From Massalongia carnosa (Eukaryota): a DNA stretch of 64,000 nt. Below the pieces are notes generated by a model that was not told the DNA's origin, made no database searches, and saw only the letters and a list, made by a program, of their open reading frames with translations. This document shows positions 1 through 12,143 of this stretch, piece by piece. Every line of letters starts with the position of its first letter. The first letter of the stretch is position 1. A program made the translations under genes and the position numbers. The stretch is taken from assembly GCA_965645245.1 (NCBI GenBank), contig OZ287084.1:806001-870000 (forward strand). Direction: 5' to 3'.

Positions 1-395
1 TCGTCCAAATATGGTGGTTCAAGAAGATAAGGCCCCCTGTCATACCTCCAAACATCAGGATGTGGTGTTTATGGACTTTCGAGTGCTTCGCTTTTTGTGG
101 CCTAGCAACTCACCTGATCTCAACATGATTGAACCGGAACGAGTACAGAGAAGGAAGAACAGGAGGAATGGTACGACCTTACGATGCTGAGGAGCGGCGC
201 AGTCAATATCTGCGTTTAAAGAGAGGTCCTACTGAAGATGAGGAGGAGTGGGCCAATGTAGACTGATGAGGAGGTGGATAAGAAGGTAAAAAAGGAGTAA
301 ATAAAGGAGTTTATCTTCGTAGGGCTGAGCCCCTTGTAGGTGGCTTATTTAGCGTGCATATTAGCGTCGGCCAGAACTTCTTATGTCATCCTCCG
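1..395 (+). mobile_element. 3' part of a Tc1-like (DD34E) DNA transposon, subfamily A; window starts inside it
   Basis: 1-395 matches 54412-54806 with 3 mismatches. Ends in the right TIR GCCAGAACTTCTTATGTCATCCTCCG followed by TA (396-397). Encodes QEDKAPCH...SPDLNMIEP. Confidence 0.93.
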
Positions 396-474
396 TACTG
401 GTCACCCCCTTCTAAGCGAGGTGATCTTATCTTATATTGGGACTAAGCCTAATGCGGCATCTACGGTTTCCGTA

Positions 475-2174
475 TGGAGGATGACACAAAAAGTCCTTGA
501 TAGCGTGCATTAGTGCATTTTTAGCGTCGTGCAGAAAGGACGCTAAAAATTAAATAGGGGGTTTTAAATATATTGTACATTTTAACCTGTGCAGCATCTT
601 TTATTTATCAAATATCATCAAGTAAAATTTTATATGCTTCAAATCATGACATCACGAACTCAGAACAATAGTCTGACCATTGGTCAAAAGTTACAAGCAT
701 TATCCTTGATTGAACACGGCATAACAGCCAAAGTCGTTCAAGCAGTCACCGGAGTCTCTACTCAGTCTATCAGCTATCTCAAACGCAAGGCACGAGATCG
801 AGGATATGATCCCACTATTTCGCGAATATTGAAGGTAGAATACGTAGAAGATGCATGTCGTTCAGGACATCCTCCTAAAGTGACGTCTGAGGTAGAACAG
901 GCCATTTTAGACAACGTTCGTCATGATCGAAATGGTAGAGAAAAATCCTCAGCCGTTTTGGGATATGAGCACGGAGTCTCATCTACAACTATTCTCAATG
1001 TTCTTCGACGCAATAACTTTCGTCCATGCAAATCTACCATGAAATCAGGCCTTGATTCAGCAATGAAAGAGGCTCGATTGCAATTCTGTTTGCGTTATCG
1101 TCATTGGACTCTCGATGACTGGAAGAATGTCATATGGAGCGATGAAACTAGTGTTGTGTTAGGCTCTCGAAGAGGACGAAGACTTCAGTGGCGAACTCCA
1201 AAAGAAAAATATGCTCAAACGTGCATTCGACGTAGATGGAAAGGATGTTCCGAATTCATGTTTTGGGGTTTTTTTTCGTATGAAAAGAAAGGTCCTTTTT
1301 CATATATGGAAGCCGGGGACAGCGGCAGAAAAACGTGCCGCTCAAGGAGAAATCGACCAAATCAATGAGGCATTGGAGCCTCTAGCGAAAGAAAATTGGG
1401 AATTGGAAATAGGCATGAAACGAATGGGACTGCGTACCAAAGGAGGTCGAAAACCGGTCTGGAAATGGGATGAAAAGCATGGAAAAGTGGCTCGAAAAGG
1501 CAAAGGGGGCATCGACTGGTATCGTTATCAAAAAACTATTCTTCTTCCTAAACTTCTTCCGTTTGCAAAAGAATGTATAAAAAATTGTCCTGATACTGTT
1601 GTGCAGGAGGACAAGGCCCCTAGTCATGCTTCCAAACATCAAGACCTCGTCTTTATAGATGCAGAAGTCTTGCGTTTATTGTGGCCGGGTAATTCTCCTG
1701 ATTTGAACATGATCGAGCAATGTTGGCCTTGGATGAAAAGGCAAACCACACGAAAAGAAGCACCTCGAAATCGCATTACGGCTATCAAAGCATGGACTCG
1801 GTGCTGGACAAAAACTCTGAAACAAAATAAATTCAGCAATGGATAGAACGAATTCCACGACATATAGAAGAAGTCATCGCTTTGAATGGAGGAAACGAGT
1901 ATCGAGAGGGTCGAGACAATGGTGTGATTCGGCCATATAATACCGAAGATCGTCGCATTCGCTATCGCAAAGACATTATATCTGATAGCAGTGATGTAGA
2001 CTGATCATGTCATAAGTCTGCATATAGACCTGATTTTTAATGCGTTATATCGTTTGAAAATGAGGTTGATGTGAAAAATAAAGATGATAAATCAAATATG
2101 GAAAAGGGGCATTGATGCAGCGTTAAATCCTTAGTGCCATTCTTAGCGCATCCAAGGACTTTTTGTGTCATCCA
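475..2174 (+). mobile_element. Tc1-like (DD34E) DNA transposon, subfamily B, defective
   Basis: Left end TA|TGGAGGATGACACAAAAAGTCCTTG, right end CAAGGACTTTTTGTGTCATCCA|TA (right TIR lacks 3 bp). TA on both flanks (473-474, 2175-2176). TIR related to subfamily A. Confidence 0.9.
646..2004 (+). pseudogene. Tc1-family transposase with two frameshifts
   Basis: ATG 646 (MTSRTQNN), HTH region, WSDET, QEDKAPSH, SPDLNMIE (34 residues between second D and E). Extra T in the run at 1296-1300, second shift near 1820-1830. C-terminus IQQWIERIPRHIEEVIALNGGNEYREG...DVD* ends at 2004. Confidence 0.88.
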
Positions 2175-2316
2175 TAGATGATCTATCAATCTAGGGCAGC
2201 CGTAGGTGCTATGTTCATTAAACTGATAGGTGTTCATTGTGCTGGTAGGAATTGGATATTCAACAGCTACTCTAACTCCCTCAACTGACTGAACTCGCCC
2301 ATGCTCATTAACAAAC

Positions 2317-3020
2317 ATGGCACAACCAGACATGGCACAATCAGACATTGGACAGCTCACAGGGCATCTTACCGGTGCCGCACATCAGCTATCGTTATTT
2401 TCCAACATTCCTGCCATTAATCAAGGCAATCTTCTCAATGACCAACTCAAGCAATTATCTACGAGCTTTCAGAAATTTTTAGAAGAGAACGAGCGTCGAC
2501 ATGAACAGAATGAGCGTTGACACGAACAGAATGAGCGTCGACACGAACAGAATGAGCATCGGCACGAACAGAGCGTGCGCTTTCAGCAAGATATCCTGCG
2601 TCAAGCTAAAGAAATCAACCATCAAGTAGCTCAGTTGAATATACGTTTAGACGTAAGGTAAAGTCCCCTTCTATCCCTTTCTCAGATCTGATTATTAGCA
2701 TTGTCCTAACAAGAACGGTTTAGCGACGCAAATAATACTGCGAGGCTTCATAACATCGAAATCATCGCTCAAGATATGGATCTACAGCCGTTACAGACTC
2801 GTGAAAACGCTCCTGTGCCTGGATTTCCTCGGAATCTTAGACAATTATCAAGCCTTCCGGGTAAGTCTTTACTCAATCATGATTAAGTATTTCTGTTAAT
2901 TCTAAATCAGGTCCTCAACTATCAACCCTTCTACAAGCATATCGTTTATCAACGGAAGGAAACGTTGGCGTGAGGAGAAAGCGGCTGAGGGAATTTGTTG
3001 GTGTAGTAATGGAAGTCTAA
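2317..3020 (+). pseudogene. Small coiled-coil protein gene with a C-terminus resembling the Mug135-like C-terminal domain; premature stop
   Basis: Three exons (2317-2657, 2724-2860, 2911-3020) with GT-AG introns giving ...SDANNTARLHN...LQPL...PVPGFPRNLRQL...LSTLLQAYRLSTEGNVGVRRKRLREFVG. In-frame TGA at 2518-2520 replaces CGA of the repeat. Domain name is from recalled resemblance only. Confidence 0.7.
2488..2571 (+). repeat. 21-bp coding tandem repeat, 4 copies (NERRHEQ heptad)
   Basis: Units AAY GAG CRT YGR CAY GAA CAG start at 2488, 2509, 2530, 2551. Confidence 0.92.
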
Positions 3021-3207
3021 GATTACAAGTAGGAGGAATTAATAGGGTTACTACTTTACATGGCTTCAATGATTAGATTCCGGCAGTCTCTGAAATACCT
3101 GTGTAGCATGTTTTCATAGCAGGCCAAGACACCGGAAAAGTGGGTGTACCATATTAAATGGAGACAACTCTACCACTACGGAGTTAATGGACTTTGGGAA
3201 ACAAGTA

Positions 3208-3236
3208 TGACTCAGCTCTATCATAAAGCTGAGTCA
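3208..3236. promoter_or_regulatory. Inverted pair of TGACTCA (Gcn4/CpcA/AP-1-type) sites upstream of RQC2
   Basis: TGACTCAGCT-N9-AGCTGAGTCA, 91-119 bp upstream of ATG 3327. Confidence 0.4.
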
Positions 3237-3326
3237 CTCCGCAAAACAATCACTTCCACCTCGAGCTGGAGGCGAAAAGTTTCTTGAAGACGTGTTTTGG
3301 AGTAATCAAGAGGAACGAGGACAAAC

Positions 3327-6300
3327 ATGAAGCAAAGGTTCTCCTCCTTGGATGTGAAGGTAGCTGCTCAGCGAGAATGTGTCGCAGAAATCAACGAGCA
3401 CTGAGAATCTTCTGGTTTAGGTGATCGCTCATGAGCTTTTCAATAGCCTCTGCTCTTTGCGTCTTGCGAATGTTTATGATATCTCTTCGGTACGTGCATC
3501 TGCTGGATATCTCTACCAAGACTAAGAATGTCGCAGCGAATATTTCTCCTGAAGTTTGCTAAATCAGACCACCGCGAGCAGATGATAGTTGACTCCGGGT
3601 TTCGATGTCATCTTACGAGCTTTACGCGAGCCACAGCCACGGCGCCTTCTGTGTTTGTCACAAGGTTACGGAAATACCTAAGAACAAGACGGGTGACCTC
3701 GGTGGCCCAGGTCGGCACAGACAGGATTCTTGAAATCCAATTCAGTGATGGCCAATACCGTCTATTCCTAGAGTTCTACGCTGGCGGCAATATTGTGCTT
3801 ACAGATAAAGAACTCGTGGTCCTGAGCCTGCTTCGGATAGTTGGGAAAGAAGCTGACCAGGAGGAGCTGCGGGTTGGACTAAAATACTCCCTTAGCAATC
3901 GACAAAATATCAATGGAATCCCTCCTTTAACAGAAGAAAGAGTACGTAATGTTTTACAAAAGTCTTTCGTTAAGTCAGATGAAGACACTATGGCTACAAC
4001 CAAAAAGACAATGAAGAAAACCGGGGACAGTCTCCGCAAAGCTTTGGCAACCTCCTTGAACGAGTTTCCACCTATGCTGATCGAGCATGCTCTGCGGGTA
4101 GCTAATTTCAATCCGAGTATCGGAGTCGACGATGTGCTCAAGGATGAAACCTTGTTGCATAAATTGATGCTCGTGCTACAAGAGGCTCAGAGAGTCATTG
4201 ACTCTACCATGAGTATGCCAACCCCGAAAGGTTACATTATTGCCAAAACTGTAGCAACACAAAGTTTCAACTCGAAGAGTTCGCAGGACAAGGAGGATGG
4301 TTCTAATACAGTCAAATCTACCCGTGTCTTGTATGAAGATTTCCATCCATTTCGGCCTCAGCAATTTGAAGGGATCCCAGAGACCAAGGTGCTTGAGTTT
4401 GATGGGTTCAACAATACTGTTGATGAGTTCTTCTCTTCCATCGAAGGCCAGAAACTAGAGTCTCGACTCTCGGAACGGGAAGAAAACGCAAAAAGAAAGC
4501 TTATGGCGGCAAGGCAGGATCACGAGAAACGCCTGGGCGGTCTGCAGCAAGCTCAAGAATTGCATGTTCGCAAGGCGCAAGCGATCGAGGCTAATCTACA
4601 GAAAGTGCAAGAGGCTGTATCTGCAATCAATGGTCTGATAGCTCAAGGCATGGACTGGGTTGAAATCGCCCGATTAATTGAGATGGAACAAGCAAGACAT
4701 AATGCTGTTGCAGAGTTGATTAAGCTGCCGCTTAAGCTGTATGAGAATACGGCAACTTTACTTCTATCCGAGGCGCATTTCGACGACGAGGAAGACTATG
4801 AAGGAAACGAGACAGACAGCGATGTTTCTGAGAGCGAAGAAGAAGAGACTAAGAAATCAAAGCGCTCGAAGATGGCATCATATTCTGAGGCCAAGCTTGC
4901 TATCGATGTTGACTTAGCGCTTTCGCCATGGTCCAACGCAAGGCAATACTACGATCAAAAAAAGGTGGCGGCCGTGAAGGAACAAAAGACCTTACAGTCC
5001 TCACAGAAGGCTTTGAAAAGCACCGAACGGAAAATAACTGCGGATTTGAAAAAGGGACTGAAGCAGGAGAAGCAACTGTTGAAACCAGTGCGTCAGCAGT
5101 CTTGGTTTGAGAAGTTCATGTTTTTCATTTCGTCAGACAATTACCTTGTACTGGGTGGCAGAGATGCGCAGCAGAACGAGATTTTGTATAAAAAGTACCT
5201 CAAAAGAGGAGATATCTATGTACACGCGGATATGCAAGGGGCTGCCTCCGTGATTATCAAAAACATTCATGGCAGACCTGACGATCCAATCCCGCCCTCC
5301 ACCTTATCCCAAGCCGGAACTCTGGCTGTGGCAACATCTAGCGCATGGGACTCGAAAGCCGGGATGTCGGCGTGGTGGGTATATGCCGAGCAGGTGTCCA
5401 AGACATCTCCCTCCGGGGAATATTTGGCAACCGGGGGGTTCGCGATCCGGGGCCAGAAAATTTTCTTGCCGCCCTCTCAGCTGATTTTGGGTTTTGGCAT
5501 CATGTTTCGCGTCAGCGAAGAGAGCAAGGCGCGACATCTCAAGCATCGTCTTCGAGATAGGAGCGCTGCCAAGGAGAATATTGGAGGCGTGAAGGCAGGC
5601 CTGCTGGACATGGTCGCAAAACAGGAGACTGAGAACGAAAGGGAGGACTCTGACGATAACGCTGATTTTGATATTGATCATGACATGGATCCAGAGTGGA
5701 TATCACGATCACACAATTCTTCTGTTCACGGCGATGAGGATCGTGATTCTAGCTCTGGGTATCATAATCCTCTTCAACAACCAAACGTCCTGGAGAAGAA
5801 TGACCACGATTCGTTCCGAGCAGAAGACGCTGTAGCTGCGGCTCAAGGCGCACCCGAAAGCCAAGGCGACTCCGAAGCGAGCAGCAACGATGAGCCCTCT
5901 CCGGCCGAAGAATATACAGCTACGCCGAAGAAAATACAATCATCATCTAATGGTTCTGAGCAGCCAAAACCCACGCGAGAAAGCGACATTCGCCAGAAAA
6001 ACTCCATATCCTCGCGACCCCAAACGCTGCATCCACAGCCAAGTGCTGAGGCCGAAGACCATGTCAAACAATCCTTCCCGCCTTTACCACAACTCCCCTC
6101 AGCCTCGTCTTCCACCACCATGCCTTCCGCCTCTAGCGGTCCTGCAAAACTGCCTCCTCGCGTTCGCGGGAAGCGCGGGAAATTCAACAAGATGAAAACC
6201 AAATATGCCCACCAAGACGACGAGGATCGTGCTCTCGCTCTCCGTTTGCTTGGCTCCGCCGCCGCACACGAAAAAGGTAGCGAAGAGGCCGCCGCCCGCA

Positions 6301-7016
6301 AAGATCGGGAACAGCATCTCGAGGCTCAGAAGCAACGACGGCGGCAGCAGCATGCCCTTGCTGCTGAGAAGGGCAGAGAAATGGAAGAGGCAAGGCAGCT
6401 AGAGTTTAAAGAGAGAGAAAAGGTAGGGACGGCTGATGGAGTCGACGAGGAAGGTGCGGGTGAGAGTAGAGTAGGGGATCTAGAGGCGTTTGTGGGATCG
6501 CTGATGCCTGGTGATGAAGTGCTGGATGCGTTGGTAATGTGCGGGCCTTGGGATGCGGTTGGAGCTCGGTGTGCATGGAGAGCGAAACTGCAGCCGGGAA
6601 CAACGAAGAAGGGAAAAGCAGTGAGGGAGATTTTAGGGCGTTGGGTGGGGGTGGTGGAGGAACGGGAGAAGAAGTTAAAGAAGAAAATGACAAGGCGCGG
6701 GGGCGGCGTGGTGGAAACCGCGCGGGAAGACGGCAAGGATGTGGAGGGAGAAGACAAGGGTGTGGCTAAGGAGGACCAGGATGAGGACGAAGAGGAGGAG
6801 GAGGCTGGGGAAGAGGGGGAGAAGAACGTTTGGGGCAAGGAGGCGGCGCTGCTGAGGGGGTTCAGGGAACAGGAGGTTGTGGGCGTTGTGCCGGTGGGGA
6901 GGTGTCGAGTGGTGATGGGGGGCGGCGGCGGGGAGGCAGGCGGGGGAAAGGGGAGGGGAGGCGGGGGTGTGGGGAAAGGGAAACGAGGGGGAAGGGGGAG
7001 TAAGAAGCAGAGATAG
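3327..7016 (+). CDS. RQC2: Ribosome quality control complex subunit 2 (NEMF/Tae2, NFACT domains)
   Basis: Exons 3327-3359, 3421-3489, 3537-7016 give MKQRFSSLDVKVIAHEL...; motifs GTDRI, WFEKF.FFISSD.YLVLGGRDAQQNE, QVSKT.PSGEYL.TGGF.IRG, KLQPG..KKGKA. Confidence 0.95.
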
Positions 7017-7121
7017 CTAGGCGGCTTTTATCTCGGAATGGCAAGGAATATGTAACTAAAGCAGCCAGCAAATCACAAACAGTTATGTTCTGAACAGATT
7101 GGTCTCTTTCAATACCTAGTT

Positions 7122-8528
7122 CTAAGATTTCAACTCCCACTCAGCCGCTTTTCTAAGCCGATTCATCACCGCGGCAGCCGGCCCTGTGTCGCAGTCGGGG
7201 ATGCCCTCAGCAAAAATCACATCCACGTCTCGCGCGTCGAGCTCGCGCAGCGCGGAAAACAGCCCGCGGGCGATGTCGGCCATCAAGGGACCCAAGCCGA
7301 TGGTCCATATGTCGGTTAGAGGTGCATTGGGGGACTGGTTAAGTTGGATTTGGGAGTGGGTCGCGGCTGGGATCGAGGAAGCTGCAGGTTTAGTGCTTGA
7401 CGGTGAGGTGTCATCTCTTGCGTGATTCGAAACGTCGCTGTTAACATCCTCTTGAATTTTCGGAACTATATCATTGACGTTGGTCATTGAAGCGTCAAGC
7501 TGTGCGAGTTGTCCGAAATCGCCATCTCGCCACTTCCTGGTGCTCAGGACGCCCATGCTGGCTCCCTCCTTCAGGAATCGTGTCACAAACTCCATTTTTA
7601 GCGCACCCTCGATCAAGATAACCTTCGCTTTGGGAGAGTAATGCCGATATTTCATGCCTGGCGCCCTTGGCTTTTCCTCCTCCGTCCCATCCGCGTATCC
7701 TGTCACCACCCCTTCCCACCCCGGACACGCCCTCAGCGAATCAATCGACACCCCTCCCGGCCGTAGCACCATCGGCGGCTGCGATAGACCGTCCACAACT
7801 GTGCTCTCTACGCCGATGTTGCACGGTCCGCCATCAAGGATCATTTCGATGCGGCCAGAGAGGTCTTGCAGGACGTGGGCGGCGGTTGTGGGGGAAGGTT
7901 TGGTAGATGTGTTCGCTGAGGGGGCGGCGAGGGGAATTTGGGCTGTGTGTATTAAGGCCAAGGCGAGGAGAGACGAGGGCATGCGAGCGCCAAAGGTGGG
8001 AAGGGATGCGTTGACTTGGGGTGCTAGCGGAGACGGAGTAGGGAGGGGGAGTAGGATGGTTAGCGCGCCGGGCCAGAATCGCTGGATCAACGGATGATAG
8101 ATCGAGGGAATTGGATCCGTTGAGGGGTCTTCTAGGACCAAGGCGTTAGGTTGAGGGGGGAGAAGGAGTTTTCGAAGCTGTGCGAGGGAACTTATGTGCA
8201 CGATCAGCGGGTTGTCAGACGGGCGTCTCTTTGCCTCATAGATTCCAAGCACGGCGGAGGTGCGCGTTGCATCTGCGCCAAGCCCGTACACAGTTTCTGT
8301 AGGGAACGCTACGGGGATGTCGCTGGTGCGCAGCTGAGAGGCAGCTTCGAGCAAATGAGCCGCATCTGGACTTGTTTTGGAGAATTTGATGTCCCAATCT
8401 TCAAGGAAGGACTTCCGTGGGCTGCTGAACACGAACTGACCAATCTTGGAAGAATCAATTGATAGGATTCGTGTGCTGAGCGGATATTGCTCTACTTGAC
8501 GCACAACTGATTCCATCGGGCGAGCCAT
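7122..8528 (-). CDS. SUA5: Threonylcarbamoyl-AMP synthase (Sua5/YrdC plus SUA5 domain)
   Basis: VAFPTETVYGLGADA, KRRPSDNPLIVH, AAPSANTSTKPSPT, GVESTVVD, RAPGMKYRHYSP, MNRLRKAA. Start codon not certain. Confidence 0.95.
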   Translation of the reverse strand: MARPMESVVRQVEQYPLSTRILSIDSSKIGQFVFSSPRKSFLEDWDIKFSKTSPDAAHLLEAASQLRTSDIPVAFPTETVYGLGADATRTSAVLGIYEAKRRPSDNPLIVHISSLAQLRKLLLPPQPNALVLEDPSTDPIPSIYHPLIQRFWPGALTILLPLPTPSPLAPQVNASLPTFGARMPSSLLALALIHTAQIPLAAPSANTSTKPSPTTAAHVLQDLSGRIEMILDGGPCNIGVESTVVDGLSQPPMVLRPGGVSIDSLRACPGWEGVVTGYADGTEEEKPRAPGMKYRHYSPKAKVILIEGALKMEFVTRFLKEGASMGVLSTRKWRDGDFGQLAQLDASMTNVNDIVPKIQEDVNSDVSNHARDDTSPSSTKPAASSIPAATHSQIQLNQSPNAPLTDIWTIGLGPLMADIARGLFSALRELDARDVDVIFAEGIPDCDTGPAAAVMNRLRKAAEWELKS

Positions 8529-9609
8529 ATTGTAGTCAAACTGCAGGTAAGAAGTTGGGCGCCTAGGGTCAAGTTGCTCAGAACTTAAATGTAAATGAAT
8601 TGATATCCTGATAGCGGAGAGGTCTTAAGAGAAACATAGCATTTACAGTATTTGCGCTGGATATGAACCGGGTTCGAGATTTTCGAGGAAATCGGTGAGA
8701 TGGGATGGAAGTTTTATAGCCGGTCATTATCATGATTGCTTGCTCCTCCGACCTCGCGGGTCCAAATGTCATTTGGTGAAGGAGTGCAGAACTCAATACA
8801 GACTATGGAAAAGTAGAACTGCTGCGAGACACTGCGTGCAAAGATTTGCGACTTGATCAGTTGGATGCTGGATAGTTGGTGTAGTTTAATGTGCTATGTT
8901 TGTTGGAAGTACGGGGTGTCAATGATTTGTGGTTTACTTATCGATAGGAGATAATTGAAGCTTTACCATTATTTACTCCGTACATAGGAAGGCACTAGTT
9001 TCATTACGTTGTAAATTATCAGCTACTTAATACAGTACAGACGAGAATATAGCCTCTTTTCGTAATAGTAGTCGCTCGAGGATCTGGATCTTCCCCTTTG
9101 TACTCTGTACAGAGTAAACAAGCTGATGCCCCATAACAACCTCGTTATGGTTTGATCACAAAATTATTAGTAAGTCGCAAGGGCTTGCGACGACGTATCT
9201 TTATGAAGTAATAAGGATTCGGCTATTCGAGTTATATGGGTGATTTAGGAATCATGGCACGGTTAGCTGCTAAACAGGTCAGTCTCGTCCGTGATATGTC
9301 CACTATCATCCTCAACAGCCATTTTCAAGACGTTTTTTTTCCCCACGCCTTCAATGAATGCTCAAATTCAGAAAGTCATTGTTTCGATCCACTATCAGGC
9401 TCGGTCAGCGACCAACGACTTAGGTAGCTATTTGAAGAAAAATGCATACCGAAGAGCCACAGCGGGATAGCCAAATATGCTAGGAGACTTGTGGATCCTT
9501 CGGGGAAAACCTTGCAGATAGAGAAAGCTTTAGTCGGTCTGTAATACCTGCTTCCTCTCAACATTTTTGGAAGATGAGGCAAAAACATGTTCCACTAAAC
9601 ATCACGTGC

Positions 9610-12143
9610 TCATCTTCCTTTGCCATCACGCATCATCGTCCGAGCGCGAAGTCGCTCTTCGTCGTCGATCTTCCAGTCAAATTCGATGTCGCCAGTGTTC
9701 ACAATCGCTGCTCGTAGCTCATCCCATTCGTCTTCCTCCATGTTTATTACAAGGCAGATCTGAGTACACCTTGCGAACACATCTCGTAGCCCGTATCGGC
9801 CCCCAGCCACTGCAGTCCCAACGATGCTGGCAACATCACGCTCTAGGCGTGCAGCGCCCAAATCGTTCAGCCTCCCATAATAACTCCATATACGTTTTTC
9901 TAAAACCTCGTTGAGATAATAAAGGATTGTTGAAAGAAGTCGTTCATAATTGCGATCCGTAAGAAGCCTTGCAATTGGTTTGGTCAAGGCATCCCAGCCA
10001 CGCTGAAAGTGGCGTTGCACCGAGGCTTCGACGCTGTTCCCATCACCATCCTCTGCTTCAGCCTCTCTGTTAGCTATTTCGAGATCTTCCTGTGTCATTT
10101 GATAATCCGCTTCACGAAAAGTATCGGCAAGCAAAGGTCTTAGTCGTGGCTTGATGACATTTTTGAAAACAACATAAATTCCGTCGGTAGTGAGTTCAGT
10201 ACTTTTGCTCTCATAGCTTTGCTGTAACGAACTCAGCGCAGCGGAGACAAACTTGGCATCATGATCGAACGGAAAGAGACCTGTTAACGATGTTGAAGAG
10301 GAAGTCTCGCCATTCTTCGTAGGTAACATCGTTGAAGAATCCTCCACACGTGATTGAACAATCTTTTTCACATAGTCGGTTGCAACATCCAGGTTATTCA
10401 TGAGAACTAGGAACGAGATAATGACCTGCTCCGAAGGAAGACCGCCTGGAGTCGTAGCTTTAGGGTAACTTTCATCGCGCATTTTCCGCTGTATCATGCC
10501 AATAAAATCCGAGCCAAGTACTCGAGCGAGAGAAGGTATTACGCTTGAGATGACGAGTCTGTTGGACGTTGAGAGAGATCTCTCTACGACCTGGTTTACA
10601 ATATACATTACGTCATCAACCGCCGAGGTGATATATGGTGGATTTGAACTGAAAGATTTGGTTGGATCTAGAGAGAGATCAAGTGGTTGCTCGTCAAGTT
10701 GAAAGGCTTTCTCCACAGACCGTCGAAAGAAGAACGTTGTCAAGGTGTTGAATGGAGATACCAGCTTGTCTGCAATCTTCTTGTTTAGGCTGGAGTTCAG
10801 TAGAAGCAGCGGCATTGGGAGATGATGCAGCTGATCTTCGGGTACAACCAAAGTGTCCTAAATAAGTGAGCGTTTTGCGTGCATCTCGACTAGCAATAAT
10901 TCCAAACCTTGCATCTAGCAGCGATGAACCTTGAGTAAAGAGACCAACGGCCCAGCATCAAAGCTATCTCGCTGAGAAATCCATCTATTTCTTTCATTTC
11001 TATGGTGTCGTCATCGGGAGCTTGATTATCTGGGTTAGTGGCCCTATGTACTTGGTCCCCAGCGCGAGAGGTGGCGCTACTCCCCACTGGTAGGGTCGGA
11101 AGAAAACTCTGAACAAGAAAAGTGAAAGCGTACGACCTGATGTCCGTAAGTCTTCGTTCAATGCTTCTCTCGTCACTCCATGTATCAAGGATGATGCCAC
11201 CTTGGACATCAGCTTCAAGCTGGAGGCGTTCAATGACTCTCACCATTCGTCCAGCACCGTAATGCCGCTCTACGAGTCCACCATGATGCTCCACTATCTG
11301 TGCGATATGTTCAAACAACTTTGTTAATGCTGTACCATAGAACAAAATTTCCTTCCGCTGATTAGCTCCCGTACCCGCCTGAAGGTTCGCTCGTGCACGG
11401 GAGGCAACCCCCTGGCAAACATATCGCCCGTAAATATCCAACCCCACATCGGGTTTTCCAATGAGCGGAAACAGTTTGAAAAATCTAGTCACTTTGGTTC
11501 CGTTGCCTTCTTGCGCAGCTTTTTCGAACTCCCGAAGGAAGAGCCCGCAGAGAGACGCAGCTGCATTCTCCAATGTGATTTTGGGAGAATCTGGGACTTC
11601 AGCAGTAGGTACAATCTTCTCCGCGAAAGAACCGTTCACGATCTCCTCCGGAATTTTTGAGGCTCGGTTCAGGTATGCAGCTGCTGTCTCCCAGTCCTGA
11701 GGGGCTCCCATGGATCCTGTAACGCCTAAGACACAGGCTTTCAGCTCTGCTACATGTTCCACAACATCTAGCGTGCCCATGACTCGGCTTTGTTCCATAT
11801 CAAGCTGTTTCACAGCTGCCGAGATTCGATTTGCAGTGAAAGCGGCGCTCGACAGCATGCCATTGCTAATAGATCTTGTCGCTACCGTGTGTGTTCCTAG
11901 ATGTGCACGCAAGACGTCTAACTTTGCCAATTCATGAGCCAAATCTATCTGTGAGGCTACTAAAGTATCAATACGTCCTCGTACTGACGTTTCTTGCTCA
12001 TTCAACTGGGCGAGAGCCTCTTTAATGGCAACTACTGAAGTCGCTTTATGAATGCTAGCACTCGGGACATCGCGCCTGTTTCTATGATCACATGACAGCA
12101 CATTATGAGAATTATGTTTTCCCGTATCGTTTGATATTGCCAT
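9610..12143 (-). CDS. COG4: Conserved oligomeric Golgi complex subunit 4
   Basis: Two ORFs joined in frame by intron 10858-10907. LKACVLGVTGSMGAPQDWETAA, VTRFFKLFPLIG, FFFRRSVEKAFQLDE, SAVDDVMYIVN, LRDVFARCTQI. Confidence 0.9.

Noticed and set aside
1291..1305. Programmed ribosomal frameshift in the Tc1 transposase
   Set aside because: The related element reads through this position in one frame, and a second frameshift plus a damaged TIR point to decay or homopolymer error.
2488..2571. CRISPR-like array
   Set aside because: Contiguous coding repeat without spacers, in a eukaryotic gene.
3776..8462. Many 60-240 aa antisense and alternate-frame ORFs over RQC2 and SUA5 (and likewise over other genes)
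   Set aside because: Shadow ORFs expected in GC-rich coding DNA; no recognisable motifs.
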